A stretch of 46,790 nucleotides of DNA from Candidatus Saccharimonadota bacterium (GTDB lineage Bacteria; Patescibacteriota; Saccharimonadia; Saccharimonadales; Saccharimonadaceae). A program made the position numbers and the translations under genes. The stretch is taken from the NCBI GenBank assembly GCA_037140095.1, contig JBAXFD010000001.1:1-46790 (forward strand). Reading direction: 5' to 3'. The notes beneath the pieces are model-generated. The model did not search any database and was not told where the DNA came from. It saw only the letters and a program-made list of their open reading frames with translations. Shown piece after piece: positions 6,925 to 16,521 of this stretch (position 1 is its first letter; the number at the start of each line of letters is the position of its first letter).

Positions 6925-9222
6925 TTAAATTGAAAATCTTTCCCATTTATCCTTATCGGTTGCAGAATAATCCAAATCTTCACAAATAAACAAACTCTTA
7001 TCCAATCTGACATCAATAATACCACCTGATATATCCAATCCTTTTTCTTGCTGTTCTTTGATATAGGACTGTAGGGCATCAGATTTTAGCTTCGTGTCAT
7101 TGCTCGTAATAGTTGATCCTTGCTTGGTATCATATATCCCAATTGATCCATCTTTATATCGAATAACATAATCAGGGTAGAATGATGCAGGTGTTTGTAT
7201 ACCGGTCTCTTCATCTAACGCAAGGAATGGCACGGCAAAATAATGCTGCATCTTTTCACCGTTCTTATACCACCACTCAACCCTTGCACTTTTATCAATA
7301 ATAGACTCGAAGTATTTTTCAGTATTAGGGCAAGAATCATGGGCAAAATAAGGTTCAAGTGCATGCTTATCATTAGGTGTCATAGTATAGTTCTCGCCAA
7401 ACTGATCTATCTCGGGTATCTTAAACGTAAAATCAGTTCTCGATCTTTTGCTCTCAATATCCTTGTGGCGTCCACCTTCAAACTCCGTTTTAGCCTCTTG
7501 AATAATAGATGTGAATATATCCTGATTCTTTCTAGAACAAACAAGGATACGTTGAATCTCATCAATTTTATCACGACCATAACCAGCTTTTTTGAACCAA
7601 TCGTATAACGCCGGTTTAAGCCTTTCAATCGAGCGAGTAAAGTTATATGGGGCACTCCAACCCTTCAGGGCGTATCTGAATGAATGTTCAACATTAGCAC
7701 TATCCTCAGTTGAAAGCATAGTCTTTATATTATTCTGATCAATATCATCAAGATTTTTAATCGTCACATCTGAAAGTATCGGCTTCAATAACTCTTCTGG
7801 GTACAATTCCAAATCATTATCGAGCTTTTTATAGACGACCTCCTTGCTGTCGCCATCTTTTAGGCCAAAACGAGAATCTAAAAGCCTAAATATAATAGGC
7901 CTAAATGCAGCCGTAAGGTCATGAAAGTCCGTTCTGTGCATATATACGCTCGGAAGCTCAATATTTTTTAGGAATGGGCGAATCTTGGCATATTTTGTTC
8001 GGAAAAATGCTTTTGCGTCACCATCATTAGGGTCAATAATAATACTGCCCAAATTCGTATAAACATACGCCGAATTCAAATCTATATTCTTATAATGATG
8101 TACTTCGGGCATTCTCATGATGCGTCCAACAGTTTGGATCTTGAATGTAACAGACTTCATTTCATGGAACATCACAAGTATCTGAGCACGAGGGCAGTCC
8201 CAACCTGTAGCAATTGCCTTTTTGAAGATTAAAACTTCTACTGGCGAGTCATCTTCTTCTATTCTTTCCTTATTACGCTTTTCCTCACTCAGCCATATAG
8301 CAAGCTTGCCGTTATTGTATGTTATATCTTTCGAGGCAAGGTAGTCCTCAATTTTTACACGGGTGCTCGTGTCAAGAACACTCGTCTTTTCAGATTCTTC
8401 TGTCGGTAACTGAATCAGTATCAACGGTTTTACTTCTGATTCTTCTTCTTTGTATTGTTTTTCAAGAATAGTTTTTCTTTCAAGTGCCGCTTCAATCATC
8501 GCTTCGTCGCTCGAATGTGCATCTAAATGCTTATCAATTTGATAATTTATACGAACCTCTTGTTTGATAAGCCCGCTAGAAACAACGTCTTCAAATGGAA
8601 CTATTACTTTCCGTGCTTTGTTGTTGGCAATATCATTATCAGACGGTTTTAGTATTGGCGTTGCAGACACCTCTAGTGTTAATCGAGGCTTTATTACTGT
8701 AGCAACAAGAAATTGTGAATTTGCCCCTAGGTAGGTTTGATGAGCTTCATCTACAATCAATATTACTTCCTTACCCTCGGCCTTTGTCGCTTCAAGTACA
8801 TCAACGATATTGCGTGAGTCTTCACCCTTTCTAACAGCTCTATTTGCCCACTCTCCGGTAGCCCTGACCGTCTTGGTGACACTCTCCCAGTTAGTGAATA
8901 AAACCGTATTTTCAGGTAACGCATCAGCGGTTAAGTCCTCAAGGCCTATAAGGTTATATCTCGAATCGGCAAGATAAGCCGCAAGCTTCTCGCGGCTCTG
9001 ACTATGGAGCTTATACATGCTAGCCCATATAAAAACATAGTTACCAGGCATATCTTCAAATGCCAAGCGTTTTAATAACTCTGCGGCCATAATCGTCTTG
9101 CCGCTGCCAGTAGGCGACTTAAAAACAATCTTTAAATCCTCATGGCTTGTTCTCAATAACAACCTGAATGCATCCATAAGGTTATTCACAGCATCTTCTT
9201 GATATTGGGCAAGTTTAAACAT
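6925..9222 (-). CDS. res: type III restriction endonuclease, Res subunit (helicase + PD-(D/E)xK)
   Basis: SPTGSGKT (motif I), IVDEAHQ (DEAH), SATP, TVGRIMR (motif VI), and C-terminal ...PDYVI...IYDTKQG nuclease-like motif. Overlaps mod by 8 nt. Confidence 0.85.
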   Translation of the reverse strand: MFKLAQYQEDAVNNLMDAFRLLLRTSHEDLKIVFKSPTGSGKTIMAAELLKRLAFEDMPGNYVFIWASMYKLHSQSREKLAAYLADSRYNLIGLEDLTADALPENTVLFTNWESVTKTVRATGEWANRAVRKGEDSRNIVDVLEATKAEGKEVILIVDEAHQTYLGANSQFLVATVIKPRLTLEVSATPILKPSDNDIANNKARKVIVPFEDVVSSGLIKQEVRINYQIDKHLDAHSSDEAMIEAALERKTILEKQYKEEESEVKPLILIQLPTEESEKTSVLDTSTRVKIEDYLASKDITYNNGKLAIWLSEEKRNKERIEEDDSPVEVLIFKKAIATGWDCPRAQILVMFHEMKSVTFKIQTVGRIMRMPEVHHYKNIDLNSAYVYTNLGSIIIDPNDGDAKAFFRTKYAKIRPFLKNIELPSVYMHRTDFHDLTAAFRPIIFRLLDSRFGLKDGDSKEVVYKKLDNDLELYPEELLKPILSDVTIKNLDDIDQNNIKTMLSTEDSANVEHSFRYALKGWSAPYNFTRSIERLKPALYDWFKKAGYGRDKIDEIQRILVCSRKNQDIFTSIIQEAKTEFEGGRHKDIESKRSRTDFTFKIPEIDQFGENYTMTPNDKHALEPYFAHDSCPNTEKYFESIIDKSARVEWWYKNGEKMQHYFAVPFLALDEETGIQTPASFYPDYVIRYKDGSIGIYDTKQGSTITSNDTKLKSDALQSYIKEQQEKGLDISGGIIDVRLDKSLFICEDLDYSATDKDKWERFSI

Positions 9223-10966
9223 CTATTCTCTCCTTAAATATTCGCTTATAAACCTCTAATATACTCTCAGGTATCGGTCGGATCGTGTATTGCAGCTTAG
9301 TTTCAGGCACATCCTCTTCGTAGGCATAATTTGAATAGCTGAATATATAGATACTCAATGGTTTTTCAATATCTATCTTTTCAATCTTCCTAATGCATTC
9401 TTCAATATTATGGGGATTGAATAAAATAGCCGCATTATGATCAATACCAGAGAATAGTTTCAAATCCTCCTCAGCGATAATGGGCTCATAGGTATCCTCT
9501 CTGATACGTATCATATCAGTGCAGCGTTCAACAAGTGAAAGCCTGGTTTGATCATCGGTCTTCTCTTTGTTTACAAAGTCTGTCCTAAAATAGCGAACAT
9601 TTGCAGGAACAGGTGCAGAATTTGAATAACCATTAATTACGTTTTTGATTCGTGGATAAGTAATTTCCTCAGCGATTTTACCTTCATTATTGGTAGCAAT
9701 GATAAAACGGCGACAGCCGCCATCATCATTATTCAATGATAATACGGCATGGCCAGTTGAGCCTGAACCAGCAAAAAAGTCTAGAACAGTTGCATTTTTG
9801 TTTTTATGATAATTTATCAAATGCTTCAACATTTTTATGGGCTTTTTGCCACTATTGAAGCCTACTCCGCCTTCTTGTCTGATATTGCCAAAATCAGGAC
9901 TATAGTCATAGAAATTTATTATAGGTTTATCTCGGCCCAATGAGCCAACTTCTAATGCGTCTCTCTTCTCTACAGGAATCTTAGCAAACATTTTGCCCCT
10001 AGAAGATGATGCCTTTTGAGGGTTTATCATATATCTGAAACCCAATCCATCTTCCCCTAGACCATATATTTTATAAATTGTTGATAAACCATCCTCTTCG
10101 ACTCTATTTTCAACAACTTTTTGATACATTTTGCCATGGCCAGTCCCTGAATATATCGAGCCTGAAATCCAAGTCTCCTTAAATAGATCAACATTGCCTT
10201 CTTTTTGTTTCTTTATGGAATATGAGCCGGCCAAGAATATATCTACACGCCTATTATTAACCTCGATAGTTTTATCGGGCACTTTGAGCTCCTGTATGTC
10301 CAAGTTAAAAGCTGCAAGACTATAATCTTCTGAAGGTTTATTGGCCATAAAGCACTTCGCATTATTTGCATAGATCAGTGTATATTCTATTAACTCTTGG
10401 AAGTCCTTCTTTTCATTCAGGCTTTTATTACCATAACGTACTTGGATATGATGTGTTGAGAGTCTATTCTCTTCTCCAAAAATCTCGTCACAAAGCATCT
10501 TTAATTGGGCCATCTCATTATCGTCAATAGATAAAAATATGATGCCGTCTTCAGTAAGAAGACGCCTTGCAAGTTTTAAACGCTTCCCCATAAATGAAAG
10601 CCACTTACTATGTTTGAACGTGTCTTCGTCATTTATCCATTTATCGTTATACTTAAAATCATCTTTTCCGGTGTTATACGGCGGGTCAATATAGATGACA
10701 TCTATCTTGCCAGCATGGGTATAATTCAAAACACTTAAAGAGTGATAGTTATCGCCTTCGATAATGAGATTTGTTGGACCGTTAATATCTTTTGCTATAG
10801 CTTTTTCGGGTACTTCCTCTAGCACTGGTAACATTTCTTGACACTGATCCACAACCTTTTCAGATTTATCTTCCCAAACAAGCCCAAACTTTTTTCGCTT
10901 CTTTAGAGACTTAATAGCCTCAATCAATTCCTCTTTTGTATATTCATCAAGTTTTTTAGTCATCAA
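9215..10966 (-). CDS. mod: type III R-M DNA methyltransferase, Mod subunit
   Basis: IYIDPPYNTG (motif IV) lies upstream of DFFAGSGSTGHAV (motif I), which is the beta-class order. It sits immediately 5' of res. Confidence 0.85.
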   Translation of the reverse strand: MMTKKLDEYTKEELIEAIKSLKKRKKFGLVWEDKSEKVVDQCQEMLPVLEEVPEKAIAKDINGPTNLIIEGDNYHSLSVLNYTHAGKIDVIYIDPPYNTGKDDFKYNDKWINDEDTFKHSKWLSFMGKRLKLARRLLTEDGIIFLSIDDNEMAQLKMLCDEIFGEENRLSTHHIQVRYGNKSLNEKKDFQELIEYTLIYANNAKCFMANKPSEDYSLAAFNLDIQELKVPDKTIEVNNRRVDIFLAGSYSIKKQKEGNVDLFKETWISGSIYSGTGHGKMYQKVVENRVEEDGLSTIYKIYGLGEDGLGFRYMINPQKASSSRGKMFAKIPVEKRDALEVGSLGRDKPIINFYDYSPDFGNIRQEGGVGFNSGKKPIKMLKHLINYHKNKNATVLDFFAGSGSTGHAVLSLNNDDGGCRRFIIATNNEGKIAEEITYPRIKNVINGYSNSAPVPANVRYFRTDFVNKEKTDDQTRLSLVERCTDMIRIREDTYEPIIAEEDLKLFSGIDHNAAILFNPHNIEECIRKIEKIDIEKPLSIYIFSYSNYAYEEDVPETKLQYTIRPIPESILEVYKRIFKERIDV

Positions 10967-11049
10967 AGTCCTTTTTAATATTCATTTGTGATCATGTACT
11001 AACCCTAATTCTACTCTAATAAGGGTATTTTAGGAAAGTTCTAAGTGGA

Positions 11050-11739
11050 TCAACAAGCCGGATATTGATAGCTCAATGTACTAAGTTGGCTTTGTAAGGC
11101 ATTTAGTTGATCCATTATTGTAGCCGACTCTAGGGCTATCAGTCGTTGTTTCTGTGCTTCAGTAATAAGGGTCCCGGCAGTCCTAGCGTCAATCGTTGCA
11201 GGTAAATCTGCTAGCTCCTGAGTCTTTTGGGCAATCTGTTGCCGTACAGGGGCCAGCATAGCCGCCCTGGTGTCGTTTATCTCCTGACATAGGGCAATTA
11301 GCCCTGAATTGTCTTCGGGTGGCTCAACGGGCGTATTTATAGGGGTCTGGGGCGTTGATACGGGTGCAGGTTTATCTGATGGAGCAGCAGGTGGCACGGA
11401 TGGTGGCGTTGTTGTCTGACCAGTATAGCGGCTACTGCCAGAATTACTAGATTGTTTAGGCTGATCGTTGTCTGACGATTCTTCGGGAGTCTTTGTATAT
11501 ACAGAACCCTGGTTGACCGTGTCTAGTGTCTGTGTATTGTCAATTCTTTGGACATCACTGTTCAGCACCTCTTGTTTATTGGACACATTAGACTCACGAG
11601 CATAAAACCCGACAGGTAACACAATGGCTAACATAGCAAATACTACAATCAACATCCTACGATTACCAATAGCAAATCTGCCAATTACAGCAACAACACG
11701 ATTTTTGGCGATTGATTTTAATACTTTTCTCATTATCAT
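11050..11739 (-). CDS. membrane-anchored Pro/Ser/Thr-rich hypothetical protein
   Basis: N-terminal TM helix LIVVFAMLAIVLPVGFY, a low-complexity Pro-rich middle, and a coiled C-terminus. Confidence 0.5.
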   Translation of the reverse strand: MIMRKVLKSIAKNRVVAVIGRFAIGNRRMLIVVFAMLAIVLPVGFYARESNVSNKQEVLNSDVQRIDNTQTLDTVNQGSVYTKTPEESSDNDQPKQSSNSGSSRYTGQTTTPPSVPPAAPSDKPAPVSTPQTPINTPVEPPEDNSGLIALCQEINDTRAAMLAPVRQQIAQKTQELADLPATIDARTAGTLITEAQKQRLIALESATIMDQLNALQSQLSTLSYQYPAC

Positions 11740-11807
11740 CTTAATTCACATTCTAGTCTTATTATGGTCTAAATGCTAGTTATTGACTGTAGAGCTATCG
11801 TCATCAT

Positions 11808-12041
11808 TTGAATACGCTAGTAGATAATATGACTAATCTCAAAGCTAGAAAAACATTCGGCGATAATATGCGGTCTCTACGCAAGCAAAAAGGCCTATCC
11901 CAAGAGGCCCTTGCCGATCTCGCCGGCTTACATCGAACTTATATCGGATCAATTGAGAGAGGCGAGCAAAACATCTCTCTAGATAACATCAACAAGATAG
12001 CAAAAGCACTCCGTGTAAAACCATCCAAACTTCTGATTTAA
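11808..12041 (+). CDS. XRE-family helix-turn-helix transcriptional regulator
   Basis: LRKQKGLSQEALADLAGLHRTYIGSIERGEQNISLDNINKIAKAL. An alternative ATG lies at 11829. Confidence 0.8.
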   Translation: MNTLVDNMTNLKARKTFGDNMRSLRKQKGLSQEALADLAGLHRTYIGSIERGEQNISLDNINKIAKALRVKPSKLLI

Positions 12042-12058
12042 TATAACGACTTATTAGA

Positions 12059-12457
12059 CTATTCAGCCTTATTTTTGGCTCTCGCAAGGCCAAAATCTCT
12101 GCAATGATCGATATATTCTATTGCCGAATCTCCCATTATAACTTTACTGTCTTTCAGGATTATATCTTTTAACTCTTCTGCATGTCCTTCGCCGCCAAAC
12201 ACAGCAATTATGAAAGCCCCGATCATCACATCTTCGCCAATATGTATTAACTGGAAAAGCTGTTCCTGGGTTAGTTCTGGCATATTAGGCACAGAATAGA
12301 ATGCCTCAGATGCCATCTCATATTCATCCACCTCGGACATATCATCAAAATCAATCGCAAATGTTTGTTTTCTGTCGTTAGTATTGGTGTAGTGTGCAGG
12401 CATCACTCTGTCGCTGGCATAAACTATACGCAACGTCTTTTCAACTAAATCATCCAT
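12059..12457 (-). CDS. hypothetical protein
   Basis: 132-aa acidic ORF with no motif. Confidence 0.45.
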   Translation of the reverse strand: MDDLVEKTLRIVYASDRVMPAHYTNTNDRKQTFAIDFDDMSEVDEYEMASEAFYSVPNMPELTQEQLFQLIHIGEDVMIGAFIIAVFGGEGHAEELKDIILKDSKVIMGDSAIEYIDHCRDFGLARAKNKAE

Positions 12458-12511
12458 AAGCCGATTATACCTCGAAACTGCAATTTTAAGACCTTTATAA
12501 TCTAATTTCGG

Positions 12512-12943
12512 TCACTTGGCCCTAGGATAGGCGACTCGATGGCATATCCTACAAAGAAACCTATTCTGCCCATCAGGGTTATATAGATACTTCACACGCC
12601 TATCGCAGCCATCACAAACGAAGTAAAACAGGAATCCCTTACCTAAATTAGAAGGTACAAAATCCCATGTCTGCCAGTACTGTCCATCACTCTGCACAGC
12701 TCTAAGTGAATTATAGATAGACTGGGGCGTGTTGAGCTTGTTTAATATCCATTTAGCCTCTCTATCTGTCCTGATCCTAAAATCTTCCAAACTAATCTCA
12801 TCTGGCAACAATACTCCTGATTCTTTTATCTCCTTAATAAACCCAAAAAGTGCATCAGTAGAACTGATCCTTTGAGACAAATCAGTCCTCCGATTGCGGA
12901 AGTAGTTTGAATTGTAAGGTATGAAGTTGCTTGCTTGATTCAT
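12512..12943 (-). CDS. hypothetical protein with C-terminal zinc-ribbon-like CxxC...CxxC
   Basis: ...FVCDGCDRRVKYLYNPDGQNRFLCRICHRVAY. Confidence 0.45.
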   Translation of the reverse strand: MNQASNFIPYNSNYFRNRRTDLSQRISSTDALFGFIKEIKESGVLLPDEISLEDFRIRTDREAKWILNKLNTPQSIYNSLRAVQSDGQYWQTWDFVPSNLGKGFLFYFVCDGCDRRVKYLYNPDGQNRFLCRICHRVAYPRAK

Positions 12944-12997
12944 TGTAAATCCCTAATAATCGCTAATAATTACACTACTATTATATAATGAATTAAG

Positions 12998-13663
12998 ATG
13001 TATGAAAATGAGGATAAGATGGAAGAAATAAAAGCACCACGTAAAATTAACACCAATAACAATATGCGTCTTGATGTCATTTATGCGGATAGAGAGTTTA
13101 AAGTTGCCACAAGGTTTTTTAAGGAAGATTTAGTTAAATACCTCATAGATAAAGGGTACTTTGAATTACCAGAGCATTTTACCTATTGTAGTAAGACATT
13201 GTTAGACAGGCTTTGTGATAAAAAGATAATCGATAAGTATAACAATATAATCAAAAAGTTTAATATATCCGATAACGAGTTATGGGTATTTTTAGGATTA
13301 AGCACAGCATCACATAGAGATAGCTCAATATCTATAGATTTAACTGCTGATAAAGAATATGTAACAATTAATATATATCCATGGGCTAAACAGGAGGATC
13401 TTAAGAGTTCTTGGTGCATGATTGAGAAGCTACTTAAAACTCGTAAGGGATATGTGGGCAAGCTTCGGGGGCCTAAAGACATTAAATTGATATACGCCGT
13501 TGCAAAAGCTTTGTCTAATGACATGGGATACAAAGACATCGCAAAATTGATTAATGACGATTTATTAAAGGGTTATAGAAGACCCGATGGCGACAAAAAA
13601 ACATGGTCTGGCCCAGAGCTAACTGAACATTTCAATCGATATAAGTATATATTATTTAAGTAG
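12998..13663 (+). CDS. hypothetical protein
   Basis: 221-aa Lys-rich ORF with no motif. Confidence 0.45.
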   Translation: MYENEDKMEEIKAPRKINTNNNMRLDVIYADREFKVATRFFKEDLVKYLIDKGYFELPEHFTYCSKTLLDRLCDKKIIDKYNNIIKKFNISDNELWVFLGLSTASHRDSSISIDLTADKEYVTINIYPWAKQEDLKSSWCMIEKLLKTRKGYVGKLRGPKDIKLIYAVAKALSNDMGYKDIAKLINDDLLKGYRRPDGDKKTWSGPELTEHFNRYKYILFK

Positions 13664-13712
13664 CTCGTAAACTACTACTGTAACAACTCGAGATTAGCCA
13701 TACCATACAGGT

Positions 13713-13952
13713 ATGATTAAGAATCAAAAATTATATGAAACTTCCGACCTGGGCCTAGCGGCGTCGTTGACTGCATCGGGTTTTCATATAGTTGATATAA
13801 ATAGGAATAACCTTCGCAGGGTTGTTTTTTGTTTTAGCAGCTCACAAGAGCTTCTAAACACAGCCGATTCTTATTGGGACAATACCTTACTTTTACCTGC
13901 ACAAGCCATTCTGGACCAGATTAAAATGCTTAAATCGAGGATCTACTCGTGA
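13713..13952 (+). CDS. small hypothetical protein (DUF5659-like by recollection)
   Basis: LYETSDLGLAASLTASGFHIVDINRNNLRRVVFCF... resembles the small mobile-element family I recall as DUF5659. Confidence 0.4.
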   Translation: MIKNQKLYETSDLGLAASLTASGFHIVDINRNNLRRVVFCFSSSQELLNTADSYWDNTLLLPAQAILDQIKMLKSRIYS

Positions 13953-13961
13953 GGTGGCCTT

Positions 13962-14171
13962 ATGTTGACTGATAATGACGTAAAGAAGTTTCAACGACTC
14001 TTTAGCAAGCAGTTTGGGGTAAATCTTAGCCATGATGACGCATATCGTAAGTTAACGATGTTAGTGCGTCAAATGGAGCTAATCTTTAAGCCAATTAGTC
14101 AAAAAAGATATGAACAATATGTAAATAAAGATGAGAATTATGACGAACTACAAAAACCCATATCAAGATGA
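13962..14171 (+). CDS. hypothetical protein
   Basis: 69-aa ORF closely following the previous gene. Confidence 0.4.
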   Translation: MLTDNDVKKFQRLFSKQFGVNLSHDDAYRKLTMLVRQMELIFKPISQKRYEQYVNKDENYDELQKPISR

Positions 14172-14700
14172 GATATTCTCTCTATTACCGGGTAAGGCTA
14201 TACTAGTGCATCCAGTGCTAAAGGACGTGACCGGTACACTAAATGCTGCAATATGGCTATCGCAAATGCTTTTCTTATGGGGACGTAAGCGTAAGCACCC
14301 TGATGAGGTATATAAATCACGAAACAAGTACGAAGAGGAAACGAGGTTATCTCGTGACCAACAGATACGTGCCGAGAACCGTTTAAAGAAACTCGGGATT
14401 ATAAATATTACAGTGAAATCAGGGTGCCCGTCATTGATTAATCACATAACTATTAATTCCGATGTGCTAAAAACACTAATTTCTAATGTACTCAAAACAC
14501 GTACATTGGAAGAACAAGGGGCTGATGTACTAACTAGCAAATCAACATCAGCGTTTAAAGTAAATCAATGTACTCAAAACACTGACAACATACCAGAGAT
14601 TACCCAAAAGAATATACAGAGAGATATTAAGGATAAAAATTCCGGGGATAATTCAGGGCATTTAAGCTTTAAAGAGACAAGGGAACGTTTAGGCATATGA
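14131..14700 (+). CDS. hypothetical protein (replication/wHTH-like mobile-element protein?)
   Basis: ...LNAAIWLSQMLFLWGRKRKHPDEVYKSRNKYEEETRLSRDQQIRAENRLKKLGII resembles phage/plasmid replication-associated wHTH proteins. The start may be the ATG at 14140. Confidence 0.4.
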   Translation: MRIMTNYKNPYQDEIFSLLPGKAILVHPVLKDVTGTLNAAIWLSQMLFLWGRKRKHPDEVYKSRNKYEEETRLSRDQQIRAENRLKKLGIINITVKSGCPSLINHITINSDVLKTLISNVLKTRTLEEQGADVLTSKSTSAFKVNQCTQNTDNIPEITQKNIQRDIKDKNSGDNSGHLSFKETRERLGI

Positions 14701-14701
14701 A

Positions 14702-14710
14702 TGCTATAAT
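14702..14710 (+). promoter_or_regulatory. extended -10 box TGCTATAAT for the recombinase transcript
   Basis: Lies directly after the stop of the 14131..14700 ORF, about 150 nt upstream of the recombinase ATG. Confidence 0.45.
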
Positions 14711-14716
14711 GTATGT

Positions 14717-14820
14717 GTTGACCCAGTTTAAATCCAAGAAGAATTTTTTTGCATTCTGCCTTTTAAGGGGCGGTCCTGCCAGAAGCCTTCTTGGTGACTG
14801 GGTCAACCTGGACCGTCCCT
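14717..14820 (+). promoter_or_regulatory. two interleaved inverted-repeat pairs in the recombinase leader (pseudoknot-capable RNA or protein-binding sites)
   Basis: GTTGACCCAGT (14717-14727) pairs with ACTGGGTCAAC (14797-14807), perfect. AGGGGCGGTCC (14766-14776) pairs with GGACCGTCCCT (14810-14820), 10/11. Confidence 0.5.
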
Positions 14821-14859
14821 TTAAAGTTATAAGAAATATTAATCCTATAAGGAGGTACT

Positions 14860-16521
14860 ATGAAAAACAACAAACAATTAAGATACATAGCATACGTTCG
14901 CAAATCAGAAGAGCGTGAAGATAGGCAGTTGCTATCCCATGAAGCTCAAGAAACCGAAATTAAAGCTAATTTTACTCAATTAAAAATAGTTAAATGGATG
15001 GAAGCTGAAAGCAAAAGTGCCTTCAAGACAGGCAGGCCCATATTCGATGAAATGATGGCCATGATTGAACGTGGTGAGGCCGACGGCATTGTCGCCTGGC
15101 ATCCTAATCGTTTATCGAGAAACGAGATCGACAGTGCTAGGATAACCTACATGCTTCGTGATAAATTGAAAGATCTGCAATTTTGCTCGTATAATTTTGA
15201 TAACTCCGCGGAAGGCATAATGATGCTTCAAATGGTTATGAATCAATCACAATACGAATCATCAAAACAGGGCCGTGACGTTAAACGAGGCATGAAGCAA
15301 AAGGCTTCTAATGGCGAACGGCCCGGCCCAGTCCCACCGGGATATATAAAAGTGCCAGTTCTTAATAAATATGGTGATGTTGTCCTAAATAAAGACAAAG
15401 TTGTAACAGAGACCAAGAATGATCCAGAACGTTACGAATTAGTACAAAAGATGTGGTCAATGTTGCTAGGTGGCAGATATAACGCTGCTCAAATTCGTCG
15501 CATAGCAAATGATGAATGGCACTTTATTACCCGAAAGACAGAGAAAATCGGTGGTGTGCCATTGAGTTCAAGCATGATCTATAATTTGTTTAATAACCCA
15601 TTTTACGCAGGTTGGATGTATCATAATGGTGATTTGTATGAGGGTGGCCATAATAAGATGATAACCATGGAAGAATTTGACTACGCCCAAAAGCTACTGG
15701 GTAAAAAAGGTAAACCTCGAAAAGGTGTATATCAATACGCTTTTGCAGGCCTAATCAAATGTGGAGTGTGTGGGTGCTCAGTGGTAAGTAAAACTGTAAT
15801 GAAGTATGTAAAGGATGTAGACACTACAAAAACCTATACATATCATTACTGTACTCGCAAAAGTGACAAGCGACCCTGTAATCAAAGTAAATACACTACA
15901 CTTGATGTGATAGAAAAACAGATAGATGAAGAATTGGGTAAATATACAATCCTGCCCGAATTCCAGGAAATGGCATTAAAGATATTGCAACGCAATAACA
16001 AAACTGAGGTCAAGGACCGTAACCAGATTTACCAGAGTTGCCAGAAAAGACGGGATACGATACAAAATCAACTAGATAAACTTGTCGACATGCTGACACG
16101 GGGGCTTCTGGATGAAGATGAGTACAAAGAGCAACGTAATAAGTTGAAGGTTGAAAGATCTGAAGTAGACAATCAATTGCGTAGTACAGAAGCAAATAGC
16201 GATAAATGGATGGAACTGACTGAAAAGATATTCGATTTTGCCACATATGCTCGTATCCGCTTCCAGGATGGCGATATAATGACCAAAAGAGACATACTAA
16301 TGACATTGGGTGAGAACTTGACACTCTTAGATGGTAAATTGATTATTATACCTAACGAATGGCTAATTCCGATCGCAGAGCACTATCCTGAGCTTGAGAA
16401 ACGCTACCTCTGGGTTAGAACCAACCAAAAAGCCTCTCCTACGGTGAAAGAAGAGGCAATGGAATCAATATTCGAACTTTGGAGGGCCAGGTGGGACTTG
16501 AACCCACGACATTCTGCTTAA
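14860..16521 (+). CDS. large serine recombinase (integrase-type)
   Basis: N-terminal resolvase domain (YVRKSEE... catalytic Ser; HPNRLSRN), recombinase domain, zinc ribbon (CGVCGCSV...YHYCTRK) and coiled coil. AAGGAGG SD. The last 14 codons are antisense to tRNA-Lys. Confidence 0.9.
   Translation: MKNNKQLRYIAYVRKSEEREDRQLLSHEAQETEIKANFTQLKIVKWMEAESKSAFKTGRPIFDEMMAMIERGEADGIVAWHPNRLSRNEIDSARITYMLRDKLKDLQFCSYNFDNSAEGIMMLQMVMNQSQYESSKQGRDVKRGMKQKASNGERPGPVPPGYIKVPVLNKYGDVVLNKDKVVTETKNDPERYELVQKMWSMLLGGRYNAAQIRRIANDEWHFITRKTEKIGGVPLSSSMIYNLFNNPFYAGWMYHNGDLYEGGHNKMITMEEFDYAQKLLGKKGKPRKGVYQYAFAGLIKCGVCGCSVVSKTVMKYVKDVDTTKTYTYHYCTRKSDKRPCNQSKYTTLDVIEKQIDEELGKYTILPEFQEMALKILQRNNKTEVKDRNQIYQSCQKRRDTIQNQLDKLVDMLTRGLLDEDEYKEQRNKLKVERSEVDNQLRSTEANSDKWMELTEKIFDFATYARIRFQDGDIMTKRDILMTLGENLTLLDGKLIIIPNEWLIPIAEHYPELEKRYLWVRTNQKASPTVKEEAMESIFELWRARWDLNPRHSA

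Noticed and set aside
14697-14918. 73-aa ORF upstream of and overlapping the recombinase start.
   Set aside because: It spans the TGCTATAAT box, the inverted-repeat leader and the recombinase SD/ATG. It has no SD of its own, so the region is better explained as a 5' leader.
16010-16324. 104-aa minus-strand ORF inside the recombinase gene, and similar internal antisense ORFs (7243..7608, 7407..7655, 10131..10325, 13183..13539, 18142..18402, 18684..18908, 20243..20434, 37844..38185 and others).
   Set aside because: All are embedded in, or antisense to, genes with clear catalytic motifs. No independent support exists for any of them.
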